Shown piece after piece: positions 53,133-64,000 of a DNA stretch of 64,000 nt. Position 1 is the stretch's first letter; each line of letters begins with the position of its first letter. The DNA comes from Bugula neritina (taxonomy: Eukaryota; Animalia; Bryozoa), in assembly GCA_964035545.1 (NCBI GenBank), contig OZ037767.1, positions 3,421,680 to 3,485,679 on the forward strand, in the 5' to 3' direction. A program made the translations under genes and the position numbers. The notes beneath the pieces were generated by a model. The model did no database searches, was not told the origin of the DNA, and was given only the letters and a program-made list of their open reading frames with translations.

Positions 53133-55272
53133 GTTGGATGACTGCTAAAAGAATACCTGCTTTATCATAATATTAAACAGTCCGTCATATTTAGTTTCAG
53201 ACAAATAAAAGCTAACAGAGTAGCTGTCTTTGACACAAGCTCCCATCTGCTACAAATAGCCAATGCATAGTAGCACAACATCTTTACTGCACTACAATAG
53301 ACCACAAAATAATTGATGACTGTATAAACAATGGATTCAACTATAAAGCATGCATATCGCATAAACCTTGTCTTCAAAACTTTGTTCGAATTTGAATATA
53401 GAACTGTAAGTTAGCATAGGATACAATCTAAAGAGCTTCACATTACCCTGTTGAGCATTTGATTCTAATACAATCCCTGACCTATATTATTGTATTATAA
53501 AAATGTTCTACTATACATAACATAGTCTGCTTAGTTGCTGAAAAGGCAGCCAGCAGAGAATAAACTACATGAGTAAGCCAATGGACTAAAACACTAAATT
53601 CTTATCAAACTAATGCGTAATGTACCTATGTTTTACCACATTAGTAGGATGATAAAGATGACTATTCGGTGTAACAATTACATTACATGCCTCACCTGTG
53701 CTGTTCTATTGGATAGATTAGAATTAGAGCAACAGAAGATATAGCAGTTGCACTTTGGTGTTGTTAGTGTGTGTTGTGTACGTTCTGATATTTTTTCAAC
53801 TCTCTTTAATAAGTCTTTTTATGAAGATTCAATACATCTCTTCTTTTCTGTTCAAATAATATTTCAGAACTATTTTTATCAGCAACGTATTTGAAGCACG
53901 TTGACTACTGTCAGTCAGTTTATAGAACTGAAGGTGATAAATAGTGACATGCTGAAATATACTTAATTCGGTTACTTCAGCCTTTACTTCTACTAGAATA
54001 ATAGCGGGTAGTATTTTTATCCTAGTAAGGTCAAAGGTTAACTGATCAAAATGGTTGCATCACTTGTAAACATGCCAAAGCTATAGCTAATGCCATTTAA
54101 CAATCAGATTACTTGTATATATGAGAGAATGTAGCATGAAAAGCCTAGTGTGCTAGGTCATGGGGTCAAATGCAAGTGGGGCTGTCGCTGCTGTGAAGAA
54201 GAGCACCCAACCTTAATTACTCCTGTGTCACAGCATACTTTTAAAAGTCTAAATTACTATCAGGGGCTCTCACAGTGGTGGAAACTTTAAACATTTATGT
54301 ATACTATTGTGCATTATGGACTGACTATATTATATAAACTCACTGTATATTGTGATATGCAGTGTCATTGAAAACATGATAATATATCAACATTTATATG
54401 ATTATCTTACACAATTGACACTATTTTATAGCGGTAACAAAAATTAACCTCTTAGGTGTTCAAGCAGTTTTATATAGCTGCCAAATATCATGACATGATA
54501 AGTCAAGAAAGTTCCGTAGCTGCTGTAAAAAATAGCTGAGATCAACTTTTGTTCAAAAGCCAGAACATAAAATATAAATAAAATTAGAAACTATGAATAT
54601 GCTGGTAGAAAGCTAGCAGAGCATGTGACAGATACAACTCAGTTAATTAAGTTTGACCTTTTAAAGAGCAATAGATTATAAATTATCACTTTTCATACTT
54701 TATGACTACATATAATCAAAGAGTGTCACAGCGATTAAAAATATCAACACAATTAAGCTGTCACCACCATATCATAATAACTTGATATACCATGTCTATC
54801 ATTTTAAAAAGGAAGTCAAAGCTATGCTTATACATATTTTTTTATGAAACAATTTACTAGTAATATAAGTCATGGAAGAACCCTTGTTCATTTGATTAAT
54901 ATAATATATATTGATGTACTGCATCATAAACTTTTATTCTACAAACAATAGAATAGACACAAGACTGATTCCTCCATATACATCTGTGGAGTGTAAACAT
55001 AATACATTAGCAATGTAAACTAGTGACATATTGGATAAATTTGGTAATTACAGCACTGCAATTTCTTTAATACTTTTTTTACTATTTTGTTATATTATTT
55101 CTTTTCTTTTGGGCAATGTTGAACAGCATTGCATTAGCAAGAAAATCCAGTTTACAAAATTTTGACAAATCAAGAATTGAATTAGTTAGTGTTGATCAAC
55201 AAAACTAAAACCAGTATTGTCAATATATTATAGTATCTTTCATATCTGATGTTTTGTGATATCTATCACAAG

Positions 55273-58200
55273 TTAACAATAAGTAAAAGGGATTTCTTTA
55301 CTGAGGGGCCACTTGGCTAGAAACTCATCAAACTTCTCATTATCAGCCACAGTCAGATAATTCTTCCAGTCTCCTATCTTACCTAAAGTATAGAACAAAG
55401 GATTATCGCAATGATTCTGTATTTTATGTACTATTAGTAATACTTCAGCAGGTTTTATTAAATTTGAAAAGCTGTATTTTTATAGCAACTATATAAGGAC
55501 ATGGAAAATTTTTGTAATGTTATAAATTTCTTGAAGCGCGTTCATTACCTTTTCTGTAAACTTTGTGACGAATGGTGTTCAACTGCTTTTGGTCAAGATT
55601 ACTCTCTGGATTCTGTATAGAAAGTTGTTTCGATGAAGAAAAATAAAATATGCAAAATTCAAGCACGATATGAGTGCTACCTTACGCAGAGCAACCTGAC
55701 TTAGAAATTAGGATTTCTATTAAGAATGTAACTTGGCCTATATGTTGGCTGGTTGAGATGCAGTGCATTGAAAAAAGCCACAACTTATATAAGCTCTTTG
55801 TACTTTTTAATATTTTTCTCTTTAAACTTTCAACATATCAATTTAAAAAAATAAAAATAATGAGTTATCGTGGTAAAAGCTTATAAAGTAACACTAATTA
55901 CAAAAATTATGTTCAATGATTTATTGATGCAATATAGTCTTAAAACCTGTTGCTTTTTCTCTGGATCTTTTGCTTTCTTCATTTTATCAAACTGTGTAGC
56001 TGAGGCTATGCTCTCAACCAGCTCTGCACTTCTCTCTGTTCCCATAAACTCATTGACTCTTTGAATACTGGATACTGGATCCTAAATACATATTGTATCA
56101 ATATTTAAATTTCCCTTATACGAATTTAGAACTGTTGTAACTTTATTTTTAGTCATAAAGTCCTTCATAAAGAAAAAACAAATTATATCTTAGCAGCAAT
56201 AATATAGTTTTTAGTAAAGCACTAACATTTATCAAATCTTCAAAGAACACCAGCAGAACATTTGGTTCATCTCTGAGACTCCACATGTACTCAATATAGT
56301 CAAAGTATCTTCCATATGGCATGTCTTTGTCTTCTAGAAAGATCTCCAACATTGTAGAGAGAGTAAGCTGTGAGGTAAACTCCTTTATGGATGGGATAGT
56401 CATTCCTAACTAATATAAGCACAAAGTTCTTTATGGATTGGAAAGGCAATGCTCTGTGACAGAAGATAAATTGAAAAAAAAGTATACACCAGAACCAGGA
56501 GAGACAAAACAAAAGAGGCATTGAATAAGAAGTAAAAGAACAAAAGTGTTAATGTATAGACCAATTATGAATTGATGTGTTACAAAAAAATCACTATCAC
56601 ATATGCAGTTATATACGTGCAATCTGCATTTGGAATATATATGCATATATGGTAAGATACACAAGTCACATATAGTTACATTTCTTTTTGCACATAAAAA
56701 TGATAGAAAAAATTTATTAAATCACATTATAGTTGCTATTTAAATGCTTGCAAATAACGAGACACTGTAAATTTAAAAATATTGCGCCAACTTAAGTAAG
56801 TATATATATAATTTTTATTTGACTTAAATTTTTACGTCTGAGTCAAGATTTAAAAATTTGAATTAGCTGTAATTTACTCAGTTGTACCTGATAAACTAGT
56901 ATGAGTCTTTTATTACCAGATACATAATGCATCATATATTGCTGTGCTGTCAAGGTTGAGAGGTCATGTAACAGAGCAGAGTTAGTTTAGAACTAATATT
57001 CAACTGCATGGAGCCATATTTTAAAAAGATGCTCCAGAATTAATTTTGCTATAATTATTACACTTGCAATATATTTTTATATGACTTACAACATCCTTGT
57101 AGTAGTGATAGTAGGAGACCAGGGTATCCTTGGGGTTTCTCATCACTAAAAGAATAAAATAAAACAGTAAGATTTACATCCAATAACCTCTGGAAGTTTC
57201 AACATGAAAGAAAATCTTTAAAACTGAATCTTAAAATAAATAAATGCTGTTTTAGCTTGCCTACTGCAAAAAAGCATGCACATATAATTCAATTTCTGCA
57301 GTAAACATGGAATAGACAAGGCAAGCAGCTGCTTATTTGTCTAAAAGGGGCTATAACATTTTTTTTGTGATAGAATGGGCTTGCAGGGAACTGCATTTTA
57401 TCTAAGCCAGGGTTTGTGCCCGTTCTGCCACTGGTTCTTGCTACTAACTTAATTGCAACGCTCTAGAATGACTCAGCTTGACTCAGCTATATAGCTAGCT
57501 ACTGTTACCTATTAAACTCTCACATTAGAGAATAGCCATTATTTTAAGCTATTTATAGCAAACAAGCAGATGACAATTAGTTATCAGTATCCTACTAGGC
57601 ATAGACCTACAAGGTAGCTATTTTGTATTCCATTATATTATATTTTTATATTCAAGTTTTGTTCTTTTGATAATTTATAGTGTTGTATAGCTTCAACGAA
57701 TAATGATATAATTTTTTGTATTTATGTTTTTACTTTACTGTCAGTTGATCATTTATTATATTATATAGTTAATATTGTTTAATAGGTTTTACGGTTGGTC
57801 TGTTATATAAGAAAGGTTGGTAATGGTTATATGTTAAAAATAAAGATGAAATACAACCCATTCACCTCTCTGGCCTAGTAGTTTACTCAGCTGTAAATAT
57901 GCATCAGCCTCTACTTATGCACCAAAAGCCATAAGTCTTCAGATCGTGAAGTGAAACCTTCATAGGGGCCACCATTGAAAAGTTTAACTGAGAAGTATTT
58001 GATTACCTATGACAGTTTTCTTTCCTCTAAAGGCTTTTGGTAAGATATCTAGTCTATAGTGAGTATTTAGAACTCTTGGAGATGGAAATACAGCTTCAGT
58101 CTTTTTCAAAGGAAACAAATCTATCATACAGGCTACTTTACCATCAGTGATATAATCCGCTGACCCTCGTAGCAGCATCATCATAATCTCCCACATCAAA

Positions 58201-58485
58201 TGAGTACCTGAAATAAGTTACTGTATCACTATTAAATGTGTTAAGACTCTAGTGAATTCAAATTATCTTTTCTTTATTGACTACCAAAGTTGTCTTACCA
58301 TTTTTAGGAAAACTAGTCAAGAGAAAGTCTTTCTCATTCCACGAGTACTCCTGTAGGTCTTTCAGAACCTCTTCAAACATATCTTTGGTATGGAGCATAG
58401 CTGGTACTTGTACTTTACCATCATCACTGGTCAGGTAGCAGCCGGTTTTAGAGCCAGAAAGCGGAAATTTAGAACCCATCTCCAT
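55273..58485 (-). CDS. Cytosolic sulfotransferase, copy C, ~311 aa
   Basis: Exons 58485-58299, 58207-58007, 57145-57090, 56409-56227, 56081-55947, 55612-55549 and 55382-55273. Motifs: FPKNGTH, RNPKDTLVSYYH, RKGKIGDWKNYLT. Confidence 0.93.
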
Positions 58486-59141
58486 GCTCAAAACTTATGC
58501 TAAAATTGATCACATGTATTGCATAAACTAGTTGTAAACTTACTATTGTTTCAGGTCTTATACAAATGTGCAATATATTATGTTTAAAGTTTATGCAAGT
58601 TTTAACCACTATATGGCTACACTTTATAACCCTTAAAAGTCAATATTATTTAAAAATCTAATTATAGAACTTCTTCAAGTAGGAAAATACTTCATTTTTC
58701 ATTTAGTCTTAAAGAACTAAAATCCTCAGTTTTATATGTTTTTTTTCAGAGTATTAAAAACTGTTTTAATTAAGCTGCAATGGATAAAAAGTTCTAGATT
58801 ATTAGGGAGATAGGCTGAGACTGTAACTGAGACTAAATCATCTTATCTCGTTGGGAGACTACAACATCTATTCAAGGTGGTTAGTGAGCTAACTGATGTG
58901 CCTGAAATACAGCTTATATAGTTTAGAAAGCAACCACAATGCAGTATGTTATTAGCTGGACTCAAAACTGAGGTTATTTATATGCTAAAGTATCTAAGAA
59001 ACAAGAAGGTGTGGATAAAATAGGTAAAGTTATGCTTTATGCGGAAATGACCTTCTAAAATTCAAAACTTAGAGTGGGGCAGAGTGAGTAAATGCATGGC
59101 TACAATACATATTGCCATCATTCGCTGTTAGAAATGTTATT

Positions 59142-59212
59142 GCCTCTGTAGTGTAAGGGCTGGTGTGCCAGCTTGCAAGCCGGAGGTCTGCGGATTGAAT
59201 CCCAATGGGGAA
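59142..59212 (+). pseudogene. Decayed tRNA-like sequence (TGC/Ala-like loop): tRNA pseudogene or head of a second SINE family
   Basis: A-box-like TAGTGTAAGGG, arm ccagc-TTGCAA-gccgg, ggaggtc and decayed B-box GATTGAATCCC; the acceptor stem pairs poorly. Confidence 0.5.
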
Positions 59213-60599
59213 TAACTTTACATTGGCTTCATTGCATCGATAAAGTTAGACAATTTTTAAACAAGTGAAAAACACAACATGTAACTCTGCTACAATTATA
59301 CTACAAAAGCTTTAAATACAAATCTTCTGGAACATATTATTCAAATCTGAATATAGAATATGAATTTGATCTCTACGGTGGCGAGTATCAAAAATAAACT
59401 ATAAACACTATCCTTAAGTCATAAACCTACCTTATACGAGTAGATTGTAGTTGCCTTCTCTTACACAGAAATAGAATCACTATTATAGCTTCTCTTGGAG
59501 TAGTTCTGATATTAGAAAACAAAAATTAAAACTTAGCAAAACTAATTCAAATAGTGGTAGCTACTTTATGATCTGCCTACTAATCAGCTCTGTATACAGT
59601 AAATAGTGTTTGCTTAGAGCCTATCTAAAAGGGTAAAGTTCAAAGGGTCATTTTATAGAACACAACAAAAAGCATTTGATATTAAAAGACAGGGCTAATT
59701 GCTATCATTGCCTGTAGATTGCACAGGCTTACAATTATATGCATTGCAATAATATAATAATACACCATCTACTTCTGTTACTAATTGCAAATGATGATTT
59801 GGGTAATTATAAAACATAAAACTGATAAAATTTGTAATATACTTGTTCTTATTTTTATGACTATAATGTATATTACTCTGGTATAGTTAGTAAAAGGAAC
59901 AAACAGTCTAATTTTTTTATAAATTTAGTGGATAATTTTGAGCTTTTAACTATGCATGGATTGATCTGTTGCCAAATTAGGTTTGAGCTAAGCAAAGGAC
60001 AGGCTCCAAACCAACCAAGCTTGAGCTTTGACAGCTTCTAACTTATAGATGCTGAAATCAGTTCATGGAAAGCCATGCAGTGATCTGGTCTAGTAAAAAG
60101 ACTTCACAATTTAGTTATATGAGTGATACATGCTAGAACTTTTGACAGCCTTAAATTCTGAAAGTTATAGGCTGTACCTAAACTATTCCATACACTTTGA
60201 CAAAAGTTTTGGCAAGATATTATATGCGCACTTCCTCCTTTAATTCTATGGAACAAATTTCTTTGAGTTAATTGACAATCCACATTTTACAAAAGAATTT
60301 ACAATTGATTGAAAACTTTTATGGATTGCAGAAATTTCTGTAATTCCAACAAGATTTTATCAGATCTCCCTTATTGATAACCATAAATAGAAAGAGCACG
60401 TAAAGCTTTAACTTATGTATTATCTCTCATTATCAAATAGTTCACCATTTATATTATTCTTTTTCATTATATTGTTGAGAAATATGATCTTCGCTCAAGT
60501 ATCTTATTCTGCATGAAGTTATATGTCTACCATATGAGCTTTATACAAGTAACTTATTGTGCATACCTGAAATGATTCTTTCACAATATTATAGCCTAC

Positions 60600-60945
60600 T
60601 CTCATATACATATACTATAGTATATATACTGTCATACAATATACCATACTCACAAACAATATAATATATCCATATATATATAATCTAACATACTCTCATA
60701 CTATATTTTGATATATAATATACTATACTCACATATTATATACTATATTCACATATAATAAGCTATACACACTTATAATATACTATACTCACATATAATA
60801 TATTATACTCACATATGATATACTATACTCGCATATAATATACTATACTCACATATGATATACTATACTCACATATAATATACTATACTCACATATAATA
60901 TACTATACTCACATATAATATACTATACTCACATATAATATACTG
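60600..60945. repeat. 20-bp minisatellite (tactatactcacatataata), ~11 well-conserved copies plus a degenerate left flank
   Basis: Units line up in register across 60721-60940. Confidence 0.95.
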
Positions 60946-61627
60946 CCCTCAACCCCAAAATTATATACTATAAGTTTCAGCATATTTGTGTTCATCAGAA
61001 TATATGAGTTAAATAATCAACTTGTGTCTTCTCCGTATATATTGTCTTCCACTTAACATATAATAAGACTTTCAAGCACAAGTTTATCCATATTTAGTTG
61101 CTAAGCATAGCAAGAAGTAAATTAGGTTTCAAGCTATACATATTCAGTTTATCAAGTATTTATAAGTAGGAATCAAATGTTGCTATCAAATATAGCACTT
61201 CTAGAATAATCATTAAATATTTAGGTGCTATTGCATAATCACATGCAAGTTAAAAAAGAAATTTATTACGTAAAAGCTAATTTTGAGTATATTTCATTAG
61301 TAAGCAAACCATAACAATCTTATATGTAAAATAATTAATGTCAAAACCCTTTCGTTTATAAATCATTGTTTCCTTATTGAAGAACTGAAGTTAACAGTTA
61401 CAAAATCTCTCAAAGTTAGAGTCTCTACAATACTATTGGGGGGGGGGGGAATAAAAATAAATGCCAGGTGTATCATATGATCAATAGGTGTATAGATATT
61501 AATTTCATCAAAATTCAAAATTAATAACATGTTTTAACAAGTTCAAAATACAGAGGTGAAATAAATTATTCCCATTGAACTAAATGTGTACAGCCATTTT
61601 ATAAATTTTCAGTGCTATTACTAATGC

Positions 61628-61927
61628 TTATAAATATTCACACAAAAAATGCAAAGAACTTCCGCAAGTTCGGTCATTCCATTGATGACCATCTTCATCA
61701 GGACGCACAATAATACAGTCTTCATTTGACTTGCTATCATTTGGCTCCCCATTCGCCCAATCTGCAATGTCAATTTCTTGTTTAAGTCTTCCTTGCCAAT
61801 ACCAGGTATTGTGTGAAGAACTAGACCGTCTCCCACCAATCCAGAATTTGTGATCCTTTAGTGATCGCCACTCTTAAGTAATATATAGGCTACATATATA
61901 GTCCTGAAACATTTGCTGTACACAGAT

Positions 61928-62007
<80 letters not shown>

Positions 62008-62270
62008 CGCTCTCATTTAATGCTCAGCAATGACATTAAATGATTGAGCACTCTCACCATGGTCACAAACTCAAGCTGCTAGCATTTTGCAATGCTCGTG
62101 ACTCCTAGGTAACCCCTAGAGTCACTTGAGCACTCTGGCTTGAGTTTACACACCTTTTAAATATGCTTTAGTAAAACTATAAGTTTTACTATTGCGAAGG
62201 TCTGGGCCATGGTACTCTGTTCTGTGCTGATGAGGGGACAAATTCCGAAACAGCTGCTGTCCACAGATTG

Positions 62271-62367
<97 letters not shown>

Positions 62368-63249
62368 GTAGCCACTTACTTGTTCTCAATGCATTCTTCA
62401 ACCAAAGTATAGAGTCAGCACTATCAAACACAGCTAGGTATTCACCAGCACTCTCACAGTATGCTTTGGCAGAGCTCCAAGTTTTGCCAACTGTAACAAC
62501 TCTGACGCAAGTACTCGAGAACCGGTTATACAGGTAACCACTCTTACACTCAACTCGGTCTGAAGTTTAATAAAATATGTTACATGAAATACGGAAAACA
62601 TTTGCAAAGGTTACATCACAGTTAACTGTTCACAATTATTCGAAAAAGTTAGCATGGGCTTTTTACAACTCGTTATGCATGGTTAAATGTAGTTACATTT
62701 TCATTTTATAGGTATTTTTAGATACTCACGATAAAATTCATTATTGGCTATAATACTAAAGATTAAGCTATTATCATAATTAGTGCCCTAAAAAGGTTGT
62801 TTCAAGTAATCTAGAATACACATTTGCATACATGTTATGCTAAGTTTGTGCATGTTCTTACCCAAAAAAGCTTTAAATGCATTTTATAGCAAACAAAACT
62901 AAAGTTGCGTTTATACCTCTGCTGAAAAAATTACCGAATTTAAGTTAATAATCGTGAAGGTATAAACGCAACTTAACAGTGAACAAACAGCAGTAAATGA
63001 AATAAAAACTTGCAAAAATAAGCTATTATTAAAAATTTAACTACATTCAGCATTATGCAATAAACTCAAATGAGATGTAACCCACAATTTTAATAACGTC
63101 TTTTGATGAAAAATTTTGAGTTTTGTACTGTAGTAATAATATCAAAATACTTTAACAAATTTCTTACTGCATGAACCACTGGCAAAGCTCAGCTGAACTT
63201 TAAGGAAGGAAACTAATGTTAAGAGAGCAAGCAGTTTGAGTGTTGCCAT
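61628..63249 (-). CDS. Secreted single-domain C-type lectin, ~174 aa, EPN/WND type
   Basis: Exons 63249-63168 (signal peptide [23 protein letters not shown]), 62747-62730 (18-nt microexon), 62559-62380 (C...[17 protein letters not shown]) and 61872-61628 (FWIGG...[23 protein letters not shown]). All introns are phase 1; the last acceptor is an AAG. Confidence 0.88.
61930..62005. repeat. (TA)n microsatellite
   Basis: Read directly from the sequence. Confidence 0.98.
62221..62267 (+). ncRNA. Minimal type-I hammerhead ribozyme
   Basis: TCTGTG [stem I] CTGATGA GGGG-ACAAA-TTCC [stem II] GAAA CAG-CTG-CTG [stem III] TC^ CACAGA [stem I']. The whole conserved core is present, with a GUC cleavage triplet ending at 62261. 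Confidence 0.88.
62274..62365. repeat. (TA)n microsatellite
   Basis: Read directly from the sequence; source of the poly-YI ORFs. Confidence 0.98.
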
Positions 63250-63521
63250 GACGATTTACTTTGAGAAACTGTGAGTGATTGCTTCATGCATTACCTTATA
63301 TGCTATATATTATATATGGCTATATACTCTCTCCTTGTGTATATATAAAGCTGTAATATTGCAGCACTTGTAAAACATAATGTAATGTGCTTAACTGACT
63401 CTAAATGGACTTTGTCATGCGACACTGATACATTTCACTTTTTATAGATGCAGCAACTCTAAATTTCTTTATAAAAGTGCATTTTTAATCATGAAAGCTC
63501 CTGGGCTAGTGTCTAGACTCT

Positions 63522-63690
63522 AGGCTCTAGTGATTAGAGCATTAGTTTAGTAAACACAGGGTCAGTAGTTTAAATTCCCAGTAAAGGCTTTTGGTGATGT
63601 TAGGAAAACATTCAGTCATAATTGCTCCTGTGCCACAATATAGTGTTACCATCATAGGTTCTCGCAGAGATGGTGACTATGAATCTCACT
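63522..63690 (+). mobile_element. tRNA-derived SINE, diverged copy upstream of the lectin gene
   Basis: ttagtaaacac...cccagtaaaggc..tggtgatgttaggaa..cat..agtcata.ttgctcctgtgc aligns with the copy at 50861. Confidence 0.75.
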
Positions 63691-64000
63691 TCAGTTCTTT
63701 TTTAATGTACACAAAAATTTCTAAAAGCCTATTAATTGTTGAAGGTCACTTAAATGTCTATAGTTAATAAAAAAGACAATTTCACTAATAATTATAGTTA
63801 CAACTACTGAACGAAGTTGCAAAAGCTTCATATAGTTCAATTCTGTAGGAATACACATTTATTTCCTTTGCATTGCATATTATATTTCAGAAAAGTTATG
63901 ATGGTACAAATAACCATTAAACATACAGGTATAAATTCAACACTACTGCAACCACTTAATCCAAAGAGTAAATTTTAATGCTTTTGTGGTTATATAACAA

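Noticed and set aside
60720-60945. CRISPR-like regular repeat
   Set aside because: No unique spacers and a eukaryotic context; it is a simple minisatellite.
61740-61760. Suspected frameshift before the lectin EPN motif
   Set aside because: Recounting gives AAT GGG GAG CCA AAT; the frame is intact.
62157-62375. Poly-YI ORFs
   Set aside because: Translations of (TA)n; only the 62559-62380 portion is a real lectin exon.

Overview
AT-rich, intron-containing animal (invertebrate-type) genomic DNA; nothing here is prokaryotic. Nine protein-coding genes can be rebuilt by hand from GT-AG exons. In order: the 5' part of an unidentified coiled-coil gene (-), MED7 with an uninterrupted CDS (-), divergent NSMCE1/Nse1 (+), an ETNPPL/PHYKPL-like class-III PLP enzyme homolog (+), a SEC14L2-like CRAL-TRIO/GOLD gene (+) after a ~17 kb non-coding stretch, three tandem cytosolic sulfotransferases (-), and a secreted EPN-type C-type lectin (-). 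Repeats include tRNA-derived SINE copies, a long (GT)n array, minisatellites and promoter-adjacent triplet tracts. Three observations stand out. (1) A complete minimal type-I hammerhead ribozyme lies between two (TA)n tracts, antisense in a lectin intron, with a decayed partial copy 341 nt upstream, resembling a retrozyme or Penelope-like unit. (2) The ETNPPL-like gene has an intact ORF, but its Schiff-base Lys is replaced by Arg, other active-site residues are also changed, and it has an NLS-like tail, making it a probable pseudoenzyme. (3) The middle sulfotransferase looks like an unequal-crossover chimera whose breakpoint maps to about 4 bp. All family assignments rest on recalled motifs; no searches were run.
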